A stretch of 63,531 bases of DNA, the filler included, from Conidiobolus incongruus B7586 (taxonomy: Eukaryota): the NCBI GenBank assembly GCA_000697335.1. It is 9 parts of 9 records of this genome, joined end to end, with 100 filler letters (N's around TTAATTAATTAA, not from the genome) between each part and the next. Parts side by side here need not be neighbours in the genome. Positions count along the whole stretch, not along the records: positions 9,947 to 19,557 come from JNEM01006387.1; positions 19,658 to 21,768 come from JNEM01006388.1; positions 21,869 to 31,761 come from JNEM01006389.1; 6 more parts are not named here. One strand, 5' to 3'. Under the pieces are notes generated by a model. That model had not been told where the DNA came from and made no database searches. It saw only the letters and a program-made list of their open reading frames with translations. The translations under genes were made by a program, and so were the position numbers. Below are positions 13,090-25,887 of this stretch, piece by piece. How positions within the stretch are numbered: the stretch's first letter is position 1; each line of letters opens with the position of its first letter.

Positions 13090-14844
13090 TTTTTAATAAT
13101 TATTCAGCAATACGATATTGCTATCAAATTTATTTTTCTCTTTTTATTTTGCAGATATAGGAATATATTTTAAAGTTCTATTGGGGATGCTTGAATGAAG
13201 TTAGCCAAGAAAGGTTCTCAAAGATATCATCTAGAAACATTCAATATAATTTCTTTAATATTTTCATGCTTTGCAACTTCAGTTAAATCAAAATCTTTGA
13301 TTGGATAGTATAAGATAATCAATTTACTGTGCCAGTTCAATTGATAGAGCAGACGACCATTGCCTTTAATCGAGTTAAAATGGAGAGTTAGTTTAGTGAC
13401 ACTTGGGCATTTTCGGATAAAGAAATCCAGCCATCTAACTTCGAGTGGTGAGATTAATATAAGTTCAGTTAAATTATAATTGTGTATAGACAGTCGTTTC
13501 ATTAAAATTGGCGGCTTTTGAATCAATGGTTAATGAGGTTAATTTATCTATCATTAAAAAACCATCGAGTACGTTATGGCTAATCACTCTTAGTCTAATC
13601 CTTGCTTGTTTAAGATTATCTAAATTACCGAAATAATCAGCGTGGTTTTCTAGTAATTTTGAGTACTCAAAATAAATTTCAATTTCCTTTAGGCTGTTAG
13701 AGCATTGGGGTAAATGATAAGCCAAGCCTAAGAAATTAATGCTTAAGGATTCAAGTTCACTATATGTATAAAAGGTAGTGTAAAGCTTCATGGAAAGATT
13801 GTGATTTGGTGGCTGAAACTCAAGATGCTTGAATGATAATGGTAGAGATACACCTTGGATTTCATATTCGGAATCCTTAATTCTCACTTCTTTTACTTTG
13901 AGAACTAAAAGTTGGGAAGCGTTTTTGATTATATTGACGAAAAAATTTAAATGGATCTGAACTTTATCGAGGATTAAGGTCCTTAAATTAGGAGCCAGAT
14001 CTAAAACTTCTTTGAAAAAGAAGATAGTGCTAGTCACTTGTAGTCTAAGCCGATTAGCGTGTCGCAATAATCCCTGTAACTAATTACGATAATCATCTAT
14101 TTGGATAGAAAGAGTTTGATCCGATGATGAGTTCAAGTCTGATATGATCTCATCCAAATTCAGCGGTAAGAAACATGATTGGGATGAGCGAATAGGTAAT
14201 GTCACATTGGATATAAATTTATTGGTTTGGCCTAAATTGAAAACAGTTTGGCGGTCGGGATATTTAAAAATATCATTCGAAAGTATATTGAAAACATTGT
14301 TCCAGCGGTTAGCATTGTAATCAATAGTAAAGGTAGTGGCAGCATTGGGAGCAGAATGATCAGAGACATCATGTAAGTTGGATGTGGAAATTGGAACGAG
14401 GTTTTTATTGGGGACAAAGGCCAAATCTGTAGCTGGTTCAGTGGCAGAGGTTGAAGATACGCTTGTATCTGAGAAATTAATTTCAGGCAATCGGCCAATA
14501 TAAGGAGAAGACGAATTGTTATCTGCTAGAAGCAGATTTGAAGGATTCGATTCTGATGGAGGTGGCAATTGAACGCCATATTACTGAGAAGAGGTTAAAT
14601 TGGTGCCAATTTGGTATCAAGTTATAGAAGAGTCAGATTCAAAAATGATTGAACTTCCAGAACTGATGAAACGCTCAGGGGTGATGGTGTGTTCAGGAAT
14701 AGTGGAGCGTTCGCGAGTGGCAGAATGTTCAGGAGCAGCAGAGTGTTCAGGAGTGGCAGAGTTTTGAGGAATAGAAGAGCACTCCGGAGTGATCGATCTT
14801 GCAAAAGTGGCCAATGTAGGGGAATTTGTCTTGCCGCTCATCAT
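13090..14844 (-). pseudogene. F-box/LRR (RNI-like) pseudogene with Ser/Pro-rich N-terminus
   Basis: ORFs 14844-14617, 14568-14080 and 14067-13474 share one frame, separated by TGA, TAA and TAG. A frameshift near 13500 leads into 13526-13227. F-box-like WNNVFNILSNDIFKYPDRQTVFNLGQTNKFI and LRR units LAPNLRTLIL, LESLSI, LKEIEI, CPSVTKLTL. Confidence 0.75.
14670..14795 (-). repeat. Degenerate 18-bp coding tandem repeat (hexapeptide xxPEHS)
   Basis: ITPECS-SIPQNS-ATPEHS-AAPEHS-ATRERS-TIPEHT-ITPERF. Confidence 0.75.
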
Positions 14845-15059
14845 TTTAAATTTTCAACAAAAAAGTAACAAATTAAATATTATAGAGATTTGAAATATAT
14901 TAATTATTGAGTAATTGCAAGATGCTGCAAATTTAGACTTGAAATGTTCACTTAATCTTCATAATTGACTATCAAATCATAGTTGTTTATTCATTATCTT
15001 AAATTTAGGCTTGCATATAATTTACGGAGGTAAAAAGTTATTGTTTCAAAATAATGCCT

Positions 15060-15500
15060 TGATACTTTTTGGGAGTATTGACTGGGCCACCTATCACTAA
15101 AACCAGTTGAAAGAATAGATTGGGAACCTTGCTCCCTATAGGACCTTGATTACAGGAATTATGGTGACATCTGCATTTGCAAGGCTACGAGTTTTTGATA
15201 AAAAAGCATAACTTCATAATCATGCTATTATTGGATCTTTCCATCGACCAAGCTCAGCTCAATAGGACAATTGCACCTTATTATCAACATAATAAAACTC
15301 TGTTCCTAATATATTGTAGTAATTGTCTACATTTGCTTTTGTCGCCATGATTTCAGGCCCTCTTATTACAGTAGACCCTCAAACGGTGGCATGCACTTCT
15401 CCCTTCATAACACCTTGGCCACCCAGCTAGTCATGTATACTCCTCCCTTGGTTCACATCGTCTCTTAGGCTCTTTTAACTGCTCTATCAAATGTCAAACT
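15060..15500 (+). pseudogene. Degenerate coding remnant, unidentified
   Basis: GC-richer island whose most open frame (FGSIDWATYH*NQLKE*IGNLAPYRTLITGIMV...) is broken by TAA/TAG. Confidence 0.3.
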
Positions 15501-15690
15501 CCTTATTTTGCATTTTATTTATATATATATCAATTTGTAAAAGTAATAAATAACTAAAAGTGATTGATTGAAAAAGTAAAAATAAATAATACTAGTTTAT
15601 TAATTTTTTTTTCATTAGTCATTCAATGCTTTAATCCTTTTTTTATTCTAATATAGCCAAATTATGGGTATAATAATATTAAGCATATAT

Positions 15691-16002
15691 TGTAGCTAAC
15701 AATAACTATTTAATAAACCGGGTATTACTTAAGTATTGCCACGGGTTAGTTGATCCTTTCAACCCTCACAATTTAAATCACTGATTATCCCTAATACAAA
15801 TCCATCTGCATCATGATCAATGAATACTCTCCATCTTAGGAAGCAATCATTTAATCTGATGTAATACCCCAAGGTCAGAAGAATGCATCAATCCAACTAT
15901 AAATATATCGACTATAACTTAGTTTCTAAGTTGACCCTCTTTCTAAGATTCTGTCTTACAATATAATATAATCAACAAACTACCCCTTTATACCATTTAA
16001 CA
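15691..16002 (+). mobile_element. Possible solo LTR
   Basis: About 310 bp GC-richer non-coding island with a TG start, an internal TATAAAT and a TTAACA end. No target-site duplication and no second copy seen. Confidence 0.3.
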
Positions 16003-16346
16003 GATACTGTCTTGGAAGCCAGCTAATTACCTAATTCTATTACAAATCTGATTTTCCATCTGTTGTAAGTATATTTAATTCTTTACATATTGAGTATAAA
16101 TATGGAAAAGCTCGAAACATTTAATTGGCTAATTTATATCATACTTTTCGGAATCAAAAAAATTTAAATTTATCATCAAATGAAAAATATACTTTACTAT
16201 TTGTTTTGATATATAAATGTAAAATTTAAAATATAATAACAATTTCATTTTATAATATTATGTTATACTATAACATATTCAAAAACTTGTTAAATATTTA
16301 AATATCATATATCGATATACTTTTATTAAACCAATTGATAAAATTA

Positions 16347-16677
16347 TATTAACAGGTCTTGGGAAAACCGTGTCCAGAGTAGTTTAAAAACAGAGAGATC
16401 TGGTAAATTTCAGGTAAGTGTTAGGGAGATAAGGGGTTTATTGATTTAAGTCAAATAACTGGGAGGACCCAGATCGAACTCTTCTTGTTGAAGATAGCTC
16501 TAATTCCGGGTTTTATATAGAGTGAGTTGGTTAAGGTGATTCATGAGATTCTCCGGTGACTTGGATCATCAATCAATTAAAAGATATTGCTGGAGCAGAT
16601 GGTATGAGAGGAAATGACTTTAACATTAAGTTGATATAAAAAAACTTGGGGAAAAGGAAGTATCCTGGCTCGTGACA
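16347..16677 (-). mobile_element. Solo LTR, copy 1
   Basis: About 330 bp collinear with 58013-58349. The minus strand starts TGTCAC, contains CTATATAAAA and AATAAA, and ends TTAATA (probably mutated TTAACA). Confidence 0.8.
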
Positions 16678-16728
16678 ATAGTATGATTGGCTAAATTGAT
16701 TATATTCGATTTGGTTATTTGGAATACA

Positions 16729-17100
16729 TTATGGAATTGAGTTTTTAGATGAATTGCCACATGTTTGTGAACTAAGATTTGATGGGACATTCTGATTGGT
16801 TAAAAGACCATTATTTTCTTTCATTTTTTCCAATGTTGATTCGAAATATTCAATTGCAGCATCAACCCTTGATTTTGGTCCTCTTTTCTTTGGTACGCTT
16901 AAATAGGTACAATCAATACCCTTCTTCAAACAACGATTACATTGAATGGCGTTTCTATCACATTTCACTCGATATTTTTTGCATCTATCACAAGGTTTAG
17001 AAGTTTTAAGATCGGGTGTAGCAGTAACTGGAGCGAATGAGTTGGGAATTGAATATGATGCTGGAGGATAGAGAAGCCTATTCTGATTCGTTTTAGGCAT
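16729..17100 (-). CDS. Short Zn(II)2Cys6 binuclear-cluster DNA-binding protein (123 aa)
   Basis: CDRCKKYRVKCDRNAIQCNRCLKKGIDC matches C-x2-C-x6-C-x6-C-x2-C-x6-C. It is followed by KKRGPK and a short helical dimerisation segment. Confidence 0.88.
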   Translation of the reverse strand: MPKTNQNRLLYPPASYSIPNSFAPVTATPDLKTSKPCDRCKKYRVKCDRNAIQCNRCLKKGIDCTYLSVPKKRGPKSRVDAAIEYFESTLEKMKENNGLLTNQNVPSNLSSQTCGNSSKNSIP

Positions 17101-19806
17101 GGCGAAGAATTGAAGTATCAGTTTTATAATTTATTAGAAAAATATTGTTTTTGAAAATGATATCAAACCTTTGTCAACCATTGGCCTCTATATACACCAT
17201 TTAATTACAAAATTCAGCTCATAATTTGGAAAAAGTGGAATATTTTAAATTTCACAAAAAACATATAAAACAAGATTAGCTTTTTCTTTATCAGAAAATG
17301 GATTATCTGTTCCAAATTTTGATGAAAAATTTCCAACCCAACAAACCAATATATGGTGTATATTTGAGTTGATATAGCTCAAAAATTAAACAAGTATTAA
17401 AATATCAAATTACCAGCTAATATTAATTTTCAGCAAATGAAATCACCACTAATTAAATTCAAAAATTGATCAGGTTATCCATTTATTTTAAAACCAGTTT
17501 ATCCTTAAAAAAAGTAACAAATCACATAATTCAGAGAATGAAAAATACTCGAAAATAGTCTTTACGTAATAATATTTGATTGAATATTACGTTGAATTAT
17601 ATATTTTCCTAATATTAATTTAAGTAAATTATTTTTTTTAATTTTAAATATGAAATATAATGCGTAATTATCGTGATATAGTTTGATTAAAAAATATATT
17701 ACCTTTAATTACAACGTCCAAGTATAAATTTTGATAAAAATTTATCAAAATCTATTAATAAATTTTTCGATATATTTAATTAAACCATATTGTAAAAGAT
17801 TATTGAATTATTATAAATTTATTTTATATAAATTTTATCATATTTTATATTTTGGCAAACTAATCATCAATTCACAAAATCGTATTACATTAACCTTAAA
17901 AATAACGGAGCTATGAAGAATTTATTCAAAACAGGAATAGTTTAATATTTCAACAATTATTGATATTGTTTTTTCAGTGGATAATAATAGATATACAGTT
18001 TTCAATATTTCGAGTAATTTTGATATTAAATCCAGAACAAAAGGTTAATAGAATCAACAAGAATAATAGCATCTAGGATAAATTATGGATAAAATCAAAA
18101 TTTAGAATAATTTTCACTCAAGTTATCTTTTTGAATTTGTGTTTATAAAGCTATTGATTTCACGCATATCAATGATCTAATATGTTTATTAAAATCCTAT
18201 ATGGTGTTTTTAAAGTAGACTAATTTTTTTAATTAAGGATTTTCTGATCTATATATATAAAGATATTAATTAATTTGCTTGACCCAGTTGATTACTATCA
18301 AATATTTTAATAATCATTTTTTATATATGATAAAATATATTATTAAATATATTGTGGAATGTTTTATTCATGAATTGATTCTTACTCACTAAGAGATCAA
18401 AACTCAATTTAATATTCATTCTATTAACCATATACTGATAATTGATAGCCTAATAGTTGCTCTAAATATTATAACCTATACACTTACATTTATTTAATTA
18501 CTCTGTATAGATTTTTGTAAAATATTTATTTTTCTATTCACAATGAACAGAAGAGAAATTAAATTATAAATATAAGTTAAATTTTATTCCCTTTATTTTT
18601 TATACTTAAAATAAATATCAAGTATTGATTTTCTGGTAAAACCAACAGCAATTATAGATTTAATTTAATCATAACTATATATATTTTAATAACCGAATTT
18701 TATTAAATCGAATATAGTTTCTATTGTATCTTAATCTTTTGATATATTATTCATAAATCTTTTGCTATAAAATAAAATAAATAAGGTTTTTGTTTATATG
18801 TAATATTTCAACAAGTAAAAGTCACTATCCAAATAAAAAATATTTTAAAAGGATAATTTTTCAATATTAATTATAAATATATCAATCATGATTAATGATT
18901 TGATAGTTTATTAAAATAACATTTTATATATTATAATATTTTATTTAAAAAATTACCAAAGTTAAAATATTTAAAAGGATATTACTTAATTTTTTCAAAC
19001 TTAAATAAAAAGGACTAATCAAAATATATAATTATTAAATGATATTTGCTTTGATTATTTGTTAAAATTAATATTTAATAATTAATTGGTAAATAATATT
19101 AAATTATGATTTTGGGAAATAATTTCTTTAATCCTGTATTAAAATATAATTTAAATTTTTATATATATCAAAATTGTTTTTATTATAACTTTATTATATA
19201 GATTTTTACTCTTATAATAATAAATGTTATAAATACTCTATATAAATAAATAACTTCAAATTAAGTTACTTGGTTAATTTATTAATTTTTTAAATAAATA
19301 TAAATAAATAAGTAATAATAAGATAACTCAAATATAAGCCTATAAAATATTGATAGATATTAATTTTATTGAAAATTAATTTTTAAAATTTTGATATATT
19401 TTTATATGATTTATTTATTTTTAAATTAATTAGAAAATTTATTTTTTTAAAACCAAAATTAAATTTGATAAATAATAATAAATTATCTATTAAATTAAAG
19501 CCTTATTTCATTATTTAATTTTTTATATTTTTTTAATTTTTTTATTATTACTAAAACNNNNNNNNNNNNNNNNNNNNNNNNNNNNNNNNNNNNNNNNNNN
19601 NTTAATTAATTAANNNNNNNNNNNNNNNNNNNNNNNNNNNNNNNNNNNNNNNNNNNNTTATACTTTATATATTATTTCTTAATAAAATGATAAAACTATA
19701 AAATTATAAAGTTATAAAAATAATAATAGAATAATTCTTAAATATTAAATTACAAATATAATTCAGTAATTTTTGATATTAAACTTTACTTAAAATTCAC
19801 CTATTA

Positions 19807-21373
19807 CACTAACCTGCAAAAGTGAGTCATAAAATCCAAAATATATATATTTCAATTATTAATTAAAACAATTGTATATATTAGATTACTTGAAACTATA
19901 ATATATAATTAAGGTATATTATTTAATAATAAATATATTTAGATATATTTAGTAAACTATTAGCAAAAATATTAACCCTTAATATTTAACTAAGGTGAGT
20001 TATAAATTTGCAGGTTTTTGAGATAAGGGGATATATTTAACAATATATTACCATATCTTTTTTCTCTCTTTGCCATTATTTTATATAATATTTTACAAAT
20101 ATACTAAATTTTTTTTATTAGTATCATTATACCTAAATCCCTCTCTAAAAAATCTACTTGTACATTAATTAACTTTATAAAAAAGATAAATCAACTTGTG
20201 ATATTGTTAGAATTACTAGTGTTAGCTAGTCTACTATAGCTATAGTTGTTAAGAATAACAATAAAGAAACATTTAAACTTAAACTTAAGCATGTTAAGAT
20301 TATAAATGAATATGATGAGAAGTATATCTATAGGTTGGTTAATACAAGCAAGTGTAGTATTATTGTAGAAATACAATAGGAACTGTAAAACTATACAGGA
20401 ATATTAATTAGCATTGATACTATTATATGTGTTTTACATTAGCATAGATACCACTTACACTTTAAGAAAAAACACCCCCAACTAAAAAAATCCTATTGTA
20501 AAGCTAGGCAGGAGTTTAAATGTTGCTACTAATATTAAACCAAAACTAATTAAAGTAAGGTTATTTAGTCTAATAAAACAAAAATATACTTTAGTGGATC
20601 TGATAAAAAAGCTAGATGCTTTAGAAAAGATGCAAAACTACTTTGTGACCATTATGTTAATTTTACCCAAAAGTATAATAGTGGGTTAATTATTGTTTAG
20701 GGATGTATATTGTCTTTAGGTATAAGGTATTTTTATAAAGTTAATAGGGGAATTAATACTAAAATATACTAAAGTATTCTAAAAAGTGCATTGAAAAAAA
20801 CCATTGAATAGTATAGGTTAAACAAATCTGATGTTATTTTCTAGTAAGATAATACCCCTTGCTATATTATAGCTTCTACTACCAAATAGCTTAAAAATAA
20901 CAAGATAATAGTTATAAAGTAGCCTCTTTAATTTCCTAACCTTAATCTAATTAAACACCTTTGGGATCAGTTAAAAAAAGCTATTAAAGCTTTCCCCCTA
21001 GCAAAAAATTTAAATTAACTTTAGGAATATATTCAAGAAGCATAGAATAAGATTAACCTTTCTTAGTGTAAGAAGTTAGTTGATTCTATACCACACAAAC
21101 TTAAAGAAGTTAGAAAAGCTAAAGGTAGATATATTAGGTTTTAATTTTTTTTATCACCAAAAACCCACAAATTTATAACTCACCTTAGGTAAAATTTAAG
21201 GGTTTATATTTTAGCCAATTAATAGCTAAATATTATCATTTAATGATATATATAACTATTAAATATAATAGATTTTAATTATTTAATTTAGGCTTATTTT
21301 ATTAAATATTAATCAAGTTATTAGTAAAAATATAAGTGTTTTTGATTTTATGACTTACTTTTGTGGGTTAGTG
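19807..21373 (+). mobile_element. Full-length Tc1-family (DD34E) DNA transposon with ~230-bp TIRs, inactivated
   Basis: TA|CACTAACCTGCAAAAGTGAGTCATAAAATC ... GATTTTATGACTTACTTTTGTGGGTTAGTG|TA, with a TA target-site duplication. The inner TIR ends match (19990-20025 vs 21150-21190). Confidence 0.95.
20129..21144 (+). pseudogene. Tc1 transposase pseudogene
   Basis: One frame 20161-21144: VI*SNKTK (VIWSDETK), IV*GC (MVWGC), F**DNTPC (FQQDNAPC), *PL*FPNLNLIKHLW (WPPQSPDLNPIEHLW), SIPHKLKEVRKAKG. D-34-E spacing. The start is probably ATG mutated to ATA at 20129, with one early frameshift. Confidence 0.95.
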
Positions 21374-22329
21374 TATTTATTATTCAATAGTATCAAATTT
21401 TTAAGAAAAAATAAAAAAAATATTCTATAGTAAAAATAATAAACTTAATTTACCATTATAGAGATTATATATCTTTTTAATATAATAAATGAATTAATAT
21501 ATATTATAGTATATTTATAATGATATTTTAATTTCTATAATTTTTAATAATAAAGCCTTATTTATAAACTTATATAATATTAATTATATATTACTTAAAT
21601 TATAGACATAGTAATTAATAAAGTTTATATAATATAAAGAATTTAATTTAAAATAATATGATTTCAAATATTATATTAATAATATAGAAAAATAATAGAA
21701 ATATAATAAAAGATAATTAAGCTTTATAAATCTAATATTGAATATTAATATATAAAATTTTTTATTAGNNNNNNNNNNNNNNNNNNNNNNNNNNNNNNNN
21801 NNNNNNNNNNNNTTAATTAATTAANNNNNNNNNNNNNNNNNNNNNNNNNNNNNNNNNNNNNNNNNNNNTAAATTTTTAAAATTAACAAATTATTTTAAAA
21901 AATTATATTAAAAATTTACCATTTTTTCTTTTTAAACTAATATTTGATTATATTTATAAAAAACTTGATCATAACAAGCAACAACATTTATATGATAAAA
22001 AAATAGAAAAGTAAATATGATCATCATGGTTCAAGAATTAATATAAAGATTATATAATTAAAATTTGGAAGTTTAATAATATTCAAAATTAATCAATGTT
22101 ATAAACAAAACAATATGTTGTATTTTGTCGAATTTTATGATGAATTTTTTAACTATAAATTGAATTACATATTATTAGTCTTGTTGAATAAAAATCGATA
22201 ATTAGAAATAAAATAATGATGATATTATATCTTTGCTGTATTCATTAAATATATTGGTTTGATGTTGTGAATATAGGTTAAATTTAAAAAGAAAAAGTCA
22301 AAATATAGAATTTAGTGTGATATTGATTT

Positions 22330-22745
22330 TATTAAGACGATATAGACCTTCAATTCTTATAAAGAAGGGCGTACCTATACAAATCAAAAGTTAATATCCA
22401 TCAGTAAACAATAATATAAAGCTATATTAATAATACGATAACATCACTCATCAAAAAAGAATTTAAAAGAGCATATATCAGATAAAAGATTGAGATTCCA
22501 AAGAGCTTTCTCAACAGAGTTTTTGTCTGCTGTCCCTATACTACTTTGTCTCATCATTATACTCCCAATAAAATCCTCTTTATAGAATTGATGTCATCGA
22601 TGACTATTATATATTATAGAAATGATAATTACCTTTGGGCTATAATATTTGAAATAGTTTAAGATTTGATAAGTTGTAAAACTTGATCAAAATAATAATA
22701 AGCTGATTTTAAATGGTGAAATTTTTACACAAATTTATAAAAATA
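22330..22745 (+). mobile_element. Non-LTR retrotransposon (LINE) reverse transcriptase remnant
   Basis: Decayed motifs in the correct order: ILIKKG...YPSVNNNIKLY (LIxKxG..YRPISLxN..YKL), ILFIE...YLWAI (LFIDxxKAYD..LW) and KLILNGE. Confidence 0.55.
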
Positions 22746-23448
22746 TTGAGATATTTGGTGGGTTATGGGATTTGAATTTATATTTGCTACTATTCTAAAT
22801 AAATTTGAAATATTCTCCAATTAATTAATTGAACATTTCATATTGATTAAAAAATTGTTAAATAAATTATAAATATGAACTGAAATTCAGATTGGACATT
22901 TTAATAATTGTTATTATTAATTTTTGTGATTTAATAAAATCAAATCATTATCATATTTGGCATATAAATTTTTAATTATTATATATCTTTGTTAAAAAAT
23001 ATATTGGAGTTGTTTACTTAGTATCATCAATATTATTGGTTTATTTATTTGATATAAAAAAGAAAATTAAAATATTAGACATTCATTTTAGATTTTTCGT
23101 GTATATAACTAAAGGGTTAAAACATAAACTAAATTATTATAGATTTAAGGACATAATTTCAAGAATAATTTGATTAAATATTACGTGTCAATTTTTCCTC
23201 AAAATATTTGGAGATTTTTAAGTGATTAAAAAAAAATGAAAATGTTACATCATTAATAATTCTAGATCCCATAATTTAATTTTTTTAGAATTTATAAAAC
23301 ATAAATAATCTAAGGTTGACGCTTTTAATAAAAATTCACAATTTCAAAATCTTATTAAAATATTCCATTAGCATATATAATTATTAAAATAACTCATATT
23401 AAAGAAATAATAAAATATAATACTACTTCCATATAACATATATTGAAA

Positions 23449-25596
23449 ATGGAAGATATACTACAAAGAATCTCCGCAACCACCCTTCAGAATTACAAAA
23501 CTCAATTAAAGTCCAAAATCCTAATTGTAATACTATTAGGTTTATTTAATTTAATATTTACAAAATTTTCCAGTAAGTTAAAAATAAACCAATTTTCAAA
23601 ATTATTTATATTAATAAAGTTTAGATTTTTTAAGTTTTACTATAAAATCACTAGTATTATTATTTTTGGAAAATTTAATTATTTTTATTAGATTATTAGA
23701 TCCTAAAGGTAATGACTAAAATTTATAGTTTATTCCATATTATTAATTATTTTATTTAGTTGATCTAAAAATTTACGAATCAAAACAAGTTTACTGGATT
23801 TCTAAACTACGCAGTTTATTGAGTATCAATACTGGCTTATACGCTGTTGGTGCTGTTTTGTTAAAATGGATTATTTATAGTCCTTTGGGTCTAAATCGTT
23901 ATTCTGTGTTTAATAATGTATCCAATGGGTAAGATCTATTCAGTTGTTTTATACTCATTATATTAATTAATATGATCTATAGTTATTGGGTTTTGAATGG
24001 TGAATATGTATTTAATCAAATAGTTTTAGTATTATTGATTTGGGATTTAATTTATATCAATTTGATTCGTAATAATTATCAAAATCAATTCTCTTTTATT
24101 GTTAATGAAAGATTGAATTGGAGTTGGGTAATTAAAATATTTATATATCAATTGATAAATATTAAATATATTCTTTAGAGTTTTAATTTCAGTGAATTAT
24201 CTTTCAACTCTTTAAATTGTGTAATTCCCTATTTGGCCAACAGTTCAGTATTTATTGCTTTAGCTTTAATTGCTTTTATTGGCTTACGCTTGGCTATTCT
24301 TGGCACTGGGTTAATTTTCAGGTAATTTTAAATCTATTACCAGATTTTCACACCTGTATTTACTTTTTTTTTCCTTAGCGTTAAATTATTCGCCTATAGT
24401 CTTTTCGATTTGAGCATCTTTACCGTTGTTTTGAATGTTTTGGCTATTGCTATTATTCAATATTTAATTCGTTTGCATGCTGATTTAGTGGATCATTTAT
24501 TATATCAGGTATTAATTTAATATTTATTTTGAGTTAATACAACCAACTGACCTTATTATTAATATTACTATTAGTCTATTGGAATCAAAGATCAAAAAGA
24601 AATCAACCTTAATCTTTGGATTCAAAATATTGATAATGTAAATCCTTACATTCAGGTAATTAATTCAAATTTTTATACCTAAAACTTTTACTAATTTATT
24701 TTTACCTCTTAGATTCAATCATTAGTTCAACTTAAGAGAGAAGTTTATTTCAATGCCCAGCTCCGTAAAAAGATTTATCAAGCTATTCCTCCAGAATCCG
24801 ATCCATCTGCCATCAAACAGTTATTCGGCAAAGTGATTAAATTCTATCAAACTTTGGATCAAAATCTCAATTTGGATGATGAAAAGCTTAAGAAACAATC
24901 TAATCCATTAGGTATAATTATTTCTTAAAACTTTAAATCAAATACTCATCATATTATAGCTGTTTACCATTCCGAGACTTGCAACTGTGCTAAATTAGCT
25001 CATTTCAAACCTATTCTCACTTATGTATGTGACGTTTGGAACTTTATCAAACAAGGTTACAAAGCATCCAAGTTATCAACCAATTTGGACCCTTATTTGG
25101 AATGCGTGTGCTCTTTTTTACAATCCCATACCATTTTCAGTGAGGATTTCAATACTAAGGACCCTCTTTTCAACCTTAAAGTCTGTTTAAATCCCATTGA
25201 CAAATATATTTTTTCAGCTTCAGGTATTTCTAACACAGCTATATAAGCTTGCTGATATTAACTATTGCTTAGTTGTTGCTGATTTGATTCATCACTCCGC
25301 CAAGGAAGATTCTTATGGTCTCGTCCAATATGAAGTACCACAATTCTTACAAGCTCTATTAAAAGTTTACCAATCTCTAACCAAATTAACCAACATTAAG
25401 GATGATTTGACATCTTATCGTATTCAATTAATTCAACCTCTCATCATAGGTAACTTTTTATACTCAATATAAATTCATTGTTTTAACAAGTGTTTTAGAT
25501 ATTGAACAAAGTATCAATCGTTGTTTGATTCACTATGGTAAAGTATTGAACAAAGATCAATTCCCTGAAGACTTGAAAAAATTCATAAAATATTGA
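23449..25596 (+). CDS. NDC1: Nucleoporin Ndc1 (multi-exon transmembrane nucleoporin)
   Basis: About 11 short exons with GT-AG introns (first intron 23573-23624). Several N-terminal TM segments, then QSLVQLKREVYFNAQLRKKIY, the signature DLIHHSAKEDSYGLVQYEVPQFL and a terminal SINRCLIHYGKVL. Confidence 0.8.
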
Positions 25597-25887
25597 ATTT
25601 AGCCAATGGGATTTACATAATAAAGCTGGATATTTTTTCTTATTTATAAACCATTAATATATTATTTTGATCATATATTTTTTTTAAAGTTTTTGAAATT
25701 GATATTTAATTACAATAAAACCTCAATTTATTGGCTAAATTAATTTATTACTATGAGAAATATTTTGCAAATTAGGATAAATTAAAGTGACAGTGAATTT
25801 TATTTAATCTACCCATAATTAAAAATATTTAAAATTATTAAATTATTAACTATTTTAAAAATATAATCAATTGATAATTTATTTAAA

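Noticed and set aside
11940..14844. Alternative genetic code (TAA/TAG = Gln) or RNA editing to explain in-frame stops
   Set aside because: Intact genes here end in TAA, TAG and TGA and use CAA/CAG normally. The stops also replace Trp and Arg codons and come with missense transitions in catalytic residues, so mutation explains them better.
23692..23708. Possible NDC1 micro-exon
   Set aside because: A normal open exon 23625-23708 fits both splice phases.
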